Source: an uncultured Planctomycetales bacterium
GTDB lineage: Bacteria > Planctomycetota > UBA1135
Reading direction: 5' to 3'
Assembly (NCBI GenBank): GCA_964342475.1
Contig: CAYFGE010000016.1
Location: 2,742-66,741, forward strand
Length of the DNA stretch: 64,000 bases
In this document: one piece after another, positions 26,988-35,431 of the stretch
How the letters are laid out: each line of letters opens with the position of its first letter
How positions within the stretch are numbered: the stretch's first letter is position 1
Notes under the pieces: generated by a model
What the model was told of the DNA's origin: nothing
What the model saw: only the letters and a program-made list of their open reading frames with translations
The model's database searches: none
Translations under genes and position numbers: made by a program

Positions 26988-28433
26988 ATGCGTCCGCCCC
27001 TCCCCCTGTTGCTCGCCTGGATCGCCGGCGCCCCGGCCGCCGTCGCCCAGGAGGCCGCGCCCGCCCCCACCCCTCCCCCCGTCCGCGTCGCCTGCGTCGG
27101 CGACTCGATCACCTACGGCTCGGGGCTCCCGGACCGCGAGCGCACGACCTATCCGCTGCTGCTCGGCCACCTGCTCGGCGAGGGCTACGAGGTGCGCAAC
27201 TTCGGCGTCAGCGGCGCGACGATGCTCCGAGCGGGCGACCGCTCCTGGTCCGCGACCGATGCAGCGCGACGAGCGCTGGACTGGCGACCGGAGGTGGTCG
27301 TCATCCAGCTGGGCACGAACGACTCGAAGGCCGTCCACTGGGACCACCACGGCGCGGCGTTCGAGGCGGACGCCCAGGCCTTGATCAGCGACTTCCGCGC
27401 CGCCGCACCGGCGGCACGGATCCTGTTGTGCCTGCCGGTTCCGGCCTGGACCGAGGGCGAGGGCATCGACGGCGGCCGCGTGGCCGAGGGCGTGGTGCCG
27501 GCGCTGCGTCGCGCAGCGGAGGCCGAAGCGGTCGAGCTGCTCGACCTGCACACGGCGCTGCGCGACCGCGAGGCTTGGTTCCCCGACGGGGTGCACCCCG
27601 ACCCTCACGGCGCCGAGGCCATCGCCCGACGGGTGGCCGCGGCGCTCCTGCGCGAGCCGAGCGACGACGAAGCCCCCCGCTTCAACCCCTGCGTGGTGCC
27701 GCAGCCCAGCGTCGAGTGGCGCGGCGCGGCGGCCGGCTGGGGCGGCGGCACCTGGTGGCAGCAGCACGAGGCCATCCTCCGGCTGGGCGCCGAGCACCCC
27801 GACCTGGAGCTGGTCTTCCTCGGCGACTCGATCAGCCAGGGTCTGACCGGCGCCGGCGACCGGCTGACGCACCCCGGCGGCGAGCGGGCGGTGGACCGCG
27901 CCCTCGGCGCGCGCCGCGCGGCCAGCTTCGGCCTCTCGGGCGACCGCACCGAGCACCTCCTGTGGCGGATCGAGCACGGCGCCTTCGACGCCGTCGACCC
28001 ACGCCTCGTCGTGCTGATGATCGGCGTGAACAACATCAACACCGGCGGCGACCGCGGCGAGGACGTCGCCGCAGGCATCGCGGCGGTGGTGCACCTCCTG
28101 CGCGCGCGCGAGCCCCAGGCCGAGATCCTCCTGCTCGGATGCTTCCCGACGAAGGAGGCCGGTTCCTGGGCGCGGCGGCAGACCGAGCTCGTCCACGAGC
28201 GCATCGCGCCGCTGGGCGGACTCGGCGGCGTGCGCTACCTCGACCTGCGCCCGCTCTTCCTGCGCGCCGACGGCCGCCTCGACCCGCGCACGATGCGCGC
28301 CGACGGCGTCCACATCACCGCCGCCGGCCAGGAGGCCTGGCTCGCGGCGATCGCCCCGGTGGTCGCGGAGGTGCTCGACGGCGGGGCCGCGACCGGCGGC
28401 GCTACTGCACCGTCACGGTCCGGACGTCGCTGA
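26988..28433 (+). CDS. Secreted tandem SGNH/GDSL hydrolase (two esterase domains, 481 aa)
   Basis: Signal peptide. Domain 1: ACVGDSITYG, GVSGAT, GTNDS, DGVHPD. Domain 2: FLGDSISQG, GLSGDRTEHLLWR, GVNNI, DGVHIT (PAF-acetylhydrolase-like subtype). The 3-prime end overlaps the convergent BNR gene by 32 nt. Confidence 0.85.
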   Translation: MRPPLPLLLAWIAGAPAAVAQEAAPAPTPPPVRVACVGDSITYGSGLPDRERTTYPLLLGHLLGEGYEVRNFGVSGATMLRAGDRSWSATDAARRALDWRPEVVVIQLGTNDSKAVHWDHHGAAFEADAQALISDFRAAAPAARILLCLPVPAWTEGEGIDGGRVAEGVVPALRRAAEAEAVELLDLHTALRDREAWFPDGVHPDPHGAEAIARRVAAALLREPSDDEAPRFNPCVVPQPSVEWRGAAAGWGGGTWWQQHEAILRLGAEHPDLELVFLGDSISQGLTGAGDRLTHPGGERAVDRALGARRAASFGLSGDRTEHLLWRIEHGAFDAVDPRLVVLMIGVNNINTGGDRGEDVAAGIAAVVHLLRAREPQAEILLLGCFPTKEAGSWARRQTELVHERIAPLGGLGGVRYLDLRPLFLRADGRLDPRTMRADGVHITAAGQEAWLAAIAPVVAEVLDGGAATGGATAPSRSGRR

Positions 28434-30078
28434 CCGCGCCGAAGCGCCGCGCCGGCGGCGCCACGGCCACGGCGGCGAAGTGCAGCCGCGTGCCGGGCGG
28501 AACGCTCGGCGGGAAGACCGTCGGCGGCGTCGAGCCCGAGCCGTCCCCCGCGAGGACGCCGCGCAGCGCCGGGTGTCCGGCGGTGGAGAGCAGCAGCGTG
28601 TCGGCGGCGAGACCGAGCGCGCGGCCGTCGCCCCAGGGCAGCCGCGCCGCGCCCGGGCCGAGGGCCAGGGCGACCTGGAAGGACCAGCCCGCCTCGTCGT
28701 GCGGGAAGCCCGCCGCGCGGAAGGAGGCCGTGCCCCCCGCGGCGAAGACCCCCTGCGGGACGACGTTGGCGGCGCGGAAGCCGGCGGCCCAGACCTGGTC
28801 GCGGTTCCCGACCGGGTCGCGCTCGAGCCAGACCGCGAGCTGGTCGTCGTAGCGCGCGTCGCGCAGCAGCCGCGCGGCCGCCAGGCCGCTGCCGGTGTCC
28901 ACCGTGAAGGCCGGGCCGGGGTCCGGGACGGGCGCGCGCGACACCGCGGCGTAGAGCTGGGCCGAGCCGTTCCACAGCACGGCGAAGCCGCCGCGCGCGG
29001 AGTCGCCGACCAGCTGCGGCTCGTGGCCCGGCGTAGCGAACAGCGCCCGCTCGGTCCAGCTGGCGCCGCCGTCGGCGGTCCAGGCGATCCACGGCGTGCG
29101 CAGGCCCGGCGTCAGGCGGTCGTCGGCCCAGGCCACGACGAGGTGGCCGGGGACGAACAGCAGGCGCGGGTTCTGCGCCACGCTGGCCGGCGAGAGCGAG
29201 CCCGCCACGCGGGTGTGGCCGGGTGTCCAGCTGACCCCGCCGTCCGCGGACTGGAAGACCCCGACCGCGCACAGCGCGCTGACCTCCTGGAAACCGACCG
29301 CCACGCGGCCGCCGTCCGCCGCCACGGTGAGGTCGGAGGGGTCGGTGACCAAGCCGCTCGAGAGCTCGACCCGCGGCTGCCAGCTGGCGCCGAGGTCGGT
29401 GCTGCGTCGGTAGCGCAGGTCGCGGAAGAAGGCGCCGGCCGAGTCGTCCTGCCACGCTGCGTGCAGCGCGGCGCCGTCGCGCACCAGGGCGATGCGCCCG
29501 ACCGCCGCGCCGGAGGCGAGCAGGACGCTCGCGCCCCAGGTGGCGCCGCCGTCGGTCGAGCGCACGAAGCGCAGCTCGTCGCCGGACGGGCCGGCCACCA
29601 AGAACAGCGCACCGACGATGCCGGTGGCCGGGTCGGCGGCCACGCGCAGCTCGCGCACCGCGGCCGCGCCCGGGGCGTGGCCGTCGTCGAGGCGCAGCTC
29701 GATCCCCCACCCGGTCGGCGCCCAGCGGCGCGCGCGCAGGTCGTCCGCCCCGGCGCGCGCGTCGCGCCACAGCACGACGAGGCCGTCGCCGAGCCAGTGG
29801 ACAGCGTCCTCGCCGAGCCGCTTGGTCGCGCCGGCAGGATCGAGGTCGACGGGTTCGCGCGGGCCGAAGGCCGCGCCGCCGTCCGCGGAGCGGGCCAGCC
29901 AGACGTGGTCGCCGCCGAGCGCGGCGTCGACCCAGGCCACGGCGGCGCGGCGCTCGTCGAAGGCGGCCGCCGGGTGCGCGGCGGACACGGGGTTGCCGGC
30001 GTCGACCCGGACCGGCGGACGGACGTGCTGGTCCTGGGGAGCGGCGAGACTGAGAACGGCGAGGAGCGGCAGGAACAT
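28402..30078 (-). CDS. Secreted BNR/Asp-box beta-propeller protein (sialidase-like fold) with an unassigned C-terminal module
   Basis: Short signal peptide. Asp-boxes SADGGAAF, STDGGATW, STDLGASW, SADGGVSW, TADGGASW. GGGAGGA SD site 6 nt upstream of the ATG. The last ~110 aa (28405..28734) form a separate module. Confidence 0.85.
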   Translation of the reverse strand: MFLPLLAVLSLAAPQDQHVRPPVRVDAGNPVSAAHPAAAFDERRAAVAWVDAALGGDHVWLARSADGGAAFGPREPVDLDPAGATKRLGEDAVHWLGDGLVVLWRDARAGADDLRARRWAPTGWGIELRLDDGHAPGAAAVRELRVAADPATGIVGALFLVAGPSGDELRFVRSTDGGATWGASVLLASGAAVGRIALVRDGAALHAAWQDDSAGAFFRDLRYRRSTDLGASWQPRVELSSGLVTDPSDLTVAADGGRVAVGFQEVSALCAVGVFQSADGGVSWTPGHTRVAGSLSPASVAQNPRLLFVPGHLVVAWADDRLTPGLRTPWIAWTADGGASWTERALFATPGHEPQLVGDSARGGFAVLWNGSAQLYAAVSRAPVPDPGPAFTVDTGSGLAAARLLRDARYDDQLAVWLERDPVGNRDQVWAAGFRAANVVPQGVFAAGGTASFRAAGFPHDEAGWSFQVALALGPGAARLPWGDGRALGLAADTLLLSTAGHPALRGVLAGDGSGSTPPTVFPPSVPPGTRLHFAAVAVAPPARRFGAVSDVRTVTVQ

Positions 30079-30141
30079 CGGTTTCCTCCCGCTCCGATCC
30101 TACCCCGGATCCGGAGACCCGGGGGTGGAAGCGCCGCTCGA

Positions 30142-31803
30142 TCAGAAGAGCACGAACTCGGCGGCCGGGGTGGCCGCGACGCCGCCGGGGGCGCCCGGGT
30201 CGCGTACGAACCACTGCGCGAAGCGGGTCACGCCGACGAAGGCCGGGTTGGCCGGGACCTGGAACACGCGGGAGGTGGTGCCGTCGCCGGGGCCGCTGCC
30301 GTCGAGCTGCGCGAAGAAGCGCTCGGCGCCGGGGCTCAGGGCCAGGTAGACGGTCGCGCCCTGGAACAGCTGGCCCGCCGGGACCGAGTTGGCGTCGATG
30401 ACCAGCGCCGCCATCGCGCCGCCCAGACCGCGGTCGAGGCCGAGGGTCAGCGAGTCGTTGCCCAGCACCGGCGGCTCGAGGGCCACCATCACCGGAGCGG
30501 CGCCGCCGCTGCCCGGGGTGGGCTGGCCGAAGACGCGCGGCTGCTTGCCGGAGGCGGCGAAGAGCACCGGGCGGTCGAAGGGCGCCTGGCCGTTGCGCAC
30601 GCGCGGGTCGGTCAGGGGGCGGCCGAGGAAGGCCAGGAGGTCGGCGCGCTCGCCCGGGGTCAGGTTGAGCGGGCGGATCGAGGGCGCCTTGTTGGGTCCG
30701 TTGAAGTCGCCGCCGCGGTTGTAGAAGTCCACCACCGCGCCGAGGCTCGCCGCGGTGCCGCCGTGGAAGTAGGGCGCGCGCAGCTCGACGTTGAGCAGCG
30801 ACGGCGTCTTCATCTGCCCGTTCTGGCGCACGTCGCCGGTGACGCCGCCGAGCCCGAGGTCCTCGTTCTGCGGCCGCACGCCGGTGTAGTGGAAGCCGTC
30901 GAGGCTGAAGCGCGGGCCGCCGTGGCAGGTGTTGCAGGCCAGGCGCGGCGAGTTGAACAGCATGAAGCCGCGGTGCTCCTGCATGGTCAGCGCCTGCATG
31001 TTGCCGGCCAGGAAGTCGAAGATCGGTGCCTGGTCGGTGTACAGGGTGCGCTCGTAGGTCGCGATGGCCATCGCGATGCGGGCGGGCGTGACGTCGGCCG
31101 TGCCGAAGGCCTCCTGGAACAGGTCGGGGTAGCCGCGCCCGTTCAGCCAGGCCGCCAGGTCGGGCGTGACCCCGCCCGACAGCGCCAGCGGCTCGGCGGT
31201 GGCGATCTGCGCAGCGACCTGCGCCCAGTCGCGGCCCTCGTGGGCCATCTCGACCTCGCTGACCGGCGGGCCGAGCACCTGGCTCTCGAGCGCGGCGAAG
31301 CGGTTCAGCACCACCTGGTTGCTGATCGGGTCGACGAAGACCTCCTCGGCGCGACCGTCCCAGAACATGCGCGGGCCGTAGCCGCCGTTCAGGGACGGCA
31401 TCGAGCGCCGGCCGGTCACCTGCGGGGCCAGCGAGAAGACCGGGTCGGCCACGTAGCTGCCGTCGGCCGCGCTGCGCACCACGCCGGGAGAGCCGGCGAC
31501 GTCGTCGGGCGTGCCGAGGACGCCGTCGGGGCCGGGGTGCGTGCTGCGCGGGTCGCCGAGGACGGAGCGCGGGTCGGAGCCGCCGAACTCGGGAAGGTGG
31601 CAGCTGCCGCAGGACATCGTCCGGGTCGAGCTGAGCTGCTCGTCCCAGAACAGGGTCTTGCCGAGCAGGGTCTTCGACGGGGTGACCGGGTTGCCGGGGG
31701 GGGCCGGCGGGGGCAGCAACGGGCCGCCGCCCTGGGCCAGGGCCGGCGACACCAGCGCGGCCAGCGCGAGGCCGGCCAGGGGGACGCGGAGGGAGAGGGT
31801 CAT
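30142..31803 (-). CDS. Di-haem cytochrome c peroxidase / MauG family protein with an unassigned C-terminal module
   Basis: Signal peptide. Two CxxCH motifs (CGSCH, CNTCH). TPSLLNVELRAPYFHGGTAASL. The last ~104 aa (30145..30456) lie beyond the usual CCP fold. Confidence 0.9.
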   Translation of the reverse strand: MTLSLRVPLAGLALAALVSPALAQGGGPLLPPPAPPGNPVTPSKTLLGKTLFWDEQLSSTRTMSCGSCHLPEFGGSDPRSVLGDPRSTHPGPDGVLGTPDDVAGSPGVVRSAADGSYVADPVFSLAPQVTGRRSMPSLNGGYGPRMFWDGRAEEVFVDPISNQVVLNRFAALESQVLGPPVSEVEMAHEGRDWAQVAAQIATAEPLALSGGVTPDLAAWLNGRGYPDLFQEAFGTADVTPARIAMAIATYERTLYTDQAPIFDFLAGNMQALTMQEHRGFMLFNSPRLACNTCHGGPRFSLDGFHYTGVRPQNEDLGLGGVTGDVRQNGQMKTPSLLNVELRAPYFHGGTAASLGAVVDFYNRGGDFNGPNKAPSIRPLNLTPGERADLLAFLGRPLTDPRVRNGQAPFDRPVLFAASGKQPRVFGQPTPGSGGAAPVMVALEPPVLGNDSLTLGLDRGLGGAMAALVIDANSVPAGQLFQGATVYLALSPGAERFFAQLDGSGPGDGTTSRVFQVPANPAFVGVTRFAQWFVRDPGAPGGVAATPAAEFVLF

Positions 31804-31859
31804 GACCGGGAGGAACCCGGCCGTTCAGCATCGGTTCCGTGCGGAATCCGACCGGTGAT

Positions 31860-32222
31860 TCAGTCTACCCGGCTCTCGAGCTCGGGGACGACGAGCTCGT
31901 AGGTCACGCGCAGGACGCGGACGCCGGCCGGCGCCATCGGCGGCCCCCCGACCGCCTGGGTGGCGCGCTGCACCTTCTGGGCCGTCACGAGCAGCGGCTC
32001 GAGCGACTCGATGCCGCCCTCGAGCAGGTCCACCATCGTCGCGCGGTCGAGCACGAAGAAGGAGTCCGCCGGCAGGGCCTCGGCGGTCTGCGCCTGCTCG
32101 GCCAGCCCGGCCAGGTGCTGCTCGACGGCGGTCGGGACGTCGGCGGACGGCCCGAGGCCCGGCAGCTGCGGCAGCAGCAGGGCGGTGAAGACGGTGGAGA
32201 CGATCCAGCGGATCAGGTTCAT
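31860..32222 (-). CDS. Hypothetical small protein with N-terminal signal/anchor (120 aa)
   Basis: It is the C-terminal 120 aa of ORF 31860..33032 (MNLIRWIVSTVFTALLLPQLPGLGP...). No recognisable family. It is co-directional with its neighbours. Confidence 0.5.
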   Translation of the reverse strand: MNLIRWIVSTVFTALLLPQLPGLGPSADVPTAVEQHLAGLAEQAQTAEALPADSFFVLDRATMVDLLEGGIESLEPLLVTAQKVQRATQAVGGPPMAPAGVRVLRVTYELVVPELESRVD

Positions 32223-32305
32223 CGGTTTCCCCCTCGGCGCGGGAGGCGTCCGGCCGTCCCGAGCACCCGTCCAGGGTACCGGTTTCCTCCGTCGGGGGGC
32301 CGGAT

Positions 32306-33379
32306 TCAGTTCTTCCCGCCGGGGAAGGGGAAGCTCTCGATCCCCTCGCCGGCATTGTTGGGATTCCGCGGCGCGCCCTTCCACGCGGCGAAGGCCTTTT
32401 CCGAGATCTTCTTCTTCGAGCCGACCAGCCCGCGGTAGCCCTCGAGGCGGTCGCCCTTGGCGTCCGGCACCCCGTCGAGGTCGACCCCGAACTGCTGGGT
32501 CATGAGCATGCAGACCCACTCCCCCGCCGCGTCGAAGACCGGCAGGAAGAGGTCGCGCGAGGCAGCCCAGTAGAGGTCCTCGCTGTTCGACATCGTGTCG
32601 GTGACGAGGTTGCCGTCGTCGTCGACGTGGATCCAGACGTGGAGGTCGCAGTCGTAGGTCGAGTACGGGAAGTCGATGTCCCAGGTGTAGAAGACCCGGT
32701 AGTAGGCGAAGGGGCGGCCCTGCGGGTCCTTCCCGCGGACCAGCGTGCCGGGCACCACGTGGATGTCCTCGTACTCGTTGTTGGCGTGGGTCTTGTACGA
32801 CTCGAGGTCGCAGTCGGTCTCGGCGATGGCGATCGCGTCGGCGAAGTAGAGGGTGGTCAGCTGGTAGACGTAGCCGTTGCCGCCGCGCTCGCGCCAGAAG
32901 CGGTGCCGGCCGGGGGTCTCGTTGCGCAGCTCCCACTCGGGGGCCAGCAGCAGGCCGTCGTCCGGCTCGTCGTCGTCCGGGTCCCAGTCCTCGTCCCACA
33001 GCATCTCGTCGCAGAGCAGCTGCGACAGCCACTCGGCGTCGCGTTCGCCGAAGCCGGGGAGCTGGGCTTGCAACCCCTCGAGGCGACGCGCGAGCGCCTT
33101 GCGGTCGCGGCCGAGCGGGCGCAGCTCGCGCACGAGGTCGCCGAGCAGGCGCGGCCGGTGGCCCTCCCCCGCCTCCGCGCCCTCGGCCAGGGCGAAGTCC
33201 TTCTTCACCCAGGCCCGCATCAGGGTCGGCATGTGGAGCACGGTGTCCCCGTCGACCTCGAGTTCGGCGGCGACCGGCTCGGGCAGGCGGAGCGAGGGGT
33301 CGAAGACCTCGCGGACGAAGTCCTCCCAGGCCATCGGGTCCTGGAGGGAGGCGGCGAGCACCAGCGCGGCGAACGGCAT
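32306..33379 (-). CDS. Hypothetical protein (357 aa), acidic Trp/Asp-rich linker, no recognisable family
   Basis: It is the C-terminal 357 aa of ORF 32306..36637 (MPFAALVLAASLQDPMAWEDF...). Normal, non-junk composition (YVYQLTTLYFADAIAIAETDCDLESYKTHANNEYEDIHVVPG..., YTWDIDFPYSTYDCDLHVWIHVDDDGN). Contains WDEDWDPDDDEPDDG. Confidence 0.65.
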   Translation of the reverse strand: MPFAALVLAASLQDPMAWEDFVREVFDPSLRLPEPVAAELEVDGDTVLHMPTLMRAWVKKDFALAEGAEAGEGHRPRLLGDLVRELRPLGRDRKALARRLEGLQAQLPGFGERDAEWLSQLLCDEMLWDEDWDPDDDEPDDGLLLAPEWELRNETPGRHRFWRERGGNGYVYQLTTLYFADAIAIAETDCDLESYKTHANNEYEDIHVVPGTLVRGKDPQGRPFAYYRVFYTWDIDFPYSTYDCDLHVWIHVDDDGNLVTDTMSNSEDLYWAASRDLFLPVFDAAGEWVCMLMTQQFGVDLDGVPDAKGDRLEGYRGLVGSKKKISEKAFAAWKGAPRNPNNAGEGIESFPFPGGKN

Positions 33380-33411
33380 GGCGCCATTCTGCCGCGGGGA
33401 GCGGGCGGTTG

Positions 33412-35382
33412 CTACGACCCGGTGTTGAAGGAGGCCATCGGCAGGCCGGCGCCGTTCACCACGTTGGGCTGGTCGGCCGCGCCGCCGCCGTAGCGGACGA
33501 ACTGCGGGGCCGGGACGGCCTCGCTCGAGACGAGGACCTGCTGGCCCACGATCTCGGCCGTGGCCGGGTGGAAGACCCGGTCGGGGCCCGCCACGGTGAA
33601 GCAGCTCGGCGCCCGGCCGTCGGAGGTGGCCAGGCCCTCGGCGTGGTCGAAGAACAGCCGCACCCGGCCGTCCTCGACGCGCATGCCGTAGTAGAGCGGG
33701 CCGCTGAAGACCAGGTCGTGGCGGCCGTAGTCCTTGGCCAGCGCCCACAGCGCGAGGCGGTGGCCGACGTCGACCTTGTTGCGCGGGTGGATGTCGGCCG
33801 GGTTGCCGATGTCCATGGTCACGGCCATGCCCGAGTTCGGCACCATGCCGAGGGCGCGGCGCTGGGCGTCGCGCAGGTCGCCGGCCTGGCCGGTGTCGCC
33901 GCCGTAGGCGAAGGGCGCGAGCTGGACGAAGTAGAAGGGGAAGTCGCCGCGCTCGAAGCGGTCGCGCCAGTCGGCGATCATGTCGGGGAACAGCGTGCGG
34001 TACTGCATCGCGCGCATGCGGTTCGACTCGCCCTGGTACCAGATCGCGCCGCGGATGCCGTAGGGCGTGATCGGCGCCAGCATGCCGTTGTAGAGCGCGG
34101 TCGGGCTGTTCGGGTGGAACTCGTCCACGTTGGGCTTGCCCGGCAGCTCGCCGTGCGGCGAACCCTTCTGCCACTTCCACGGGCCGGCCAGCATCAGCGC
34201 CGGTCCCTGGCCGCCGCCCGCCGGAGCGATCGACAGCTGCTCCGGCTCGCCGTTCAGGCCGCCGGTGCCGGCCGTGTCGTAGGCGCGGACGGCGATCAGG
34301 TTGCTGCCGCCCTTCACCAGCGCGCCGGGCACGGTGTAGCGCCGCGGCGTGGCCCACTGGCCGGAGTCCATGTGCTCGCCGACCAGGTCGCCGTTGAACC
34401 AGGTCGAGTCCATGTCGTCGATCGGACCGAGCTCGAGCACGAGGTCGCGACCGGCCCAGGCCTCGGGGAGCTCGACGGTGCGGCGGAACCAGACGATGCC
34501 GTCGAAGCCGCCGAGGCTGCCGGACCAGGAGGCGGGCAGCTCCATCTCGGGCCAGCCGGCGTCGTCGTGGCCGGGGTCCATCCAGCCGGCGCGGCTGCCG
34601 ATCTCGGCGGCGGTGAAGGCGGCGCGCCACTCGTCGAGGCGCTGCTCGCGCTTCCAGCGCGCCCGCTCGGGGTGTTGCGTCAGCTCCTCGACCAGGGCAA
34701 GGCCGTCGCCGAAGTCGCCGCGCTCGGCGAGCTTCTCCTTGCTGGTCCAGGCCTCGCACAGCGTGCCGCCCCAGTTGCAGGAGATCAGGCCGACGGGCAC
34801 GCCGGTCTCGGCGTGGATCTCGCGGCCGAAGTGGTAGCCGACCGCGCTGAAGCTGCGCACCGCCTCGGGGGTGCAGGCCATCCAGCTGCCGGTGACGTCC
34901 TCCTGCTCGGTCCAGGAGTGCTGGTGGGCGACGTCGAACAGGCGCAGCTGCGGGTGGTCGGCCGCGGCCACGACGGCGTCGTAGGCCTCGCGCGAGGGGA
35001 AGCCGTCGGCGGTGGCGTCCATGCTCCACTCCATGTTCGACTGTCCGCCGCACACCCACACCTCGCCGAGCAGGACGTCGGTGTACTCCAGCTTGCGGCC
35101 GCCGGCGCTGACGATCACGGTGTGCGGGCCGCCGGCCGCGCCGGTCGGCAGGTCGACGCGCCAGTCGCCGCCCGGGGCCACCGTGCCGCGGGCGACCTCG
35201 CCGCCCCAGCTGCCGCTGACCTCGACGATCGTGCCGGCCGGGCCGCGGCCCCAGAAGGCGACCGAGGTCTCGCGCTGCAGGACCATGTGGTCGCCGAAGA
35301 CGGCGGGGAGGCTCAGGTCCTGGGCGAGGGCCGAGGGGGCCAGGACGAGGAGCGCGGCGGAGAGGGTGCGGAGAGCGTTCAT
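33412..35382 (-). CDS. Sialate O-acetylesterase (SASA/DUF303 family), secreted
   Basis: Signal peptide MNALRTLSAALLVLAPSALA (Met5 of the listed ORF). VWVCGGQSNMEW, ISCNWGGTLCEAW, a galactose-binding-like insert, IWYQGESN, FYFVQLAPF. Confidence 0.9.
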   Translation of the reverse strand: MNALRTLSAALLVLAPSALAQDLSLPAVFGDHMVLQRETSVAFWGRGPAGTIVEVSGSWGGEVARGTVAPGGDWRVDLPTGAAGGPHTVIVSAGGRKLEYTDVLLGEVWVCGGQSNMEWSMDATADGFPSREAYDAVVAAADHPQLRLFDVAHQHSWTEQEDVTGSWMACTPEAVRSFSAVGYHFGREIHAETGVPVGLISCNWGGTLCEAWTSKEKLAERGDFGDGLALVEELTQHPERARWKREQRLDEWRAAFTAAEIGSRAGWMDPGHDDAGWPEMELPASWSGSLGGFDGIVWFRRTVELPEAWAGRDLVLELGPIDDMDSTWFNGDLVGEHMDSGQWATPRRYTVPGALVKGGSNLIAVRAYDTAGTGGLNGEPEQLSIAPAGGGQGPALMLAGPWKWQKGSPHGELPGKPNVDEFHPNSPTALYNGMLAPITPYGIRGAIWYQGESNRMRAMQYRTLFPDMIADWRDRFERGDFPFYFVQLAPFAYGGDTGQAGDLRDAQRRALGMVPNSGMAVTMDIGNPADIHPRNKVDVGHRLALWALAKDYGRHDLVFSGPLYYGMRVEDGRVRLFFDHAEGLATSDGRAPSCFTVAGPDRVFHPATAEIVGQQVLVSSEAVPAPQFVRYGGGAADQPNVVNGAGLPMASFNTGS

Positions 35383-35431
35383 GCCGCCGACCAAGGTAGA
35401 GCCGACGGCGCGCCACGACTATCCTTCTCGC

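Noticed and set aside
30105-30114. The 10-nt palindrome CCGGATCCGG occurs upstream of two secreted-protein genes (30105..30114 before the BNR gene; 58203..58212 before the metalloprotease) and could be a shared regulatory site.
   Set aside because: For a G+C-rich 10-mer, roughly one chance occurrence is expected in 2 x 64 kb of this composition, so two hits are not significant. The distances to the start codons also differ (27 vs 155 nt).
28235-31902. The 1198-aa minus ORF (28235..31831) and the 1140-aa plus ORF (28480..31902) covering the BNR and peroxidase genes.
   Set aside because: They have the same junk composition. The in-frame alternatives 28402..30078 and 30142..31803 carry Asp-boxes and two CxxCH motifs plus signal peptides.
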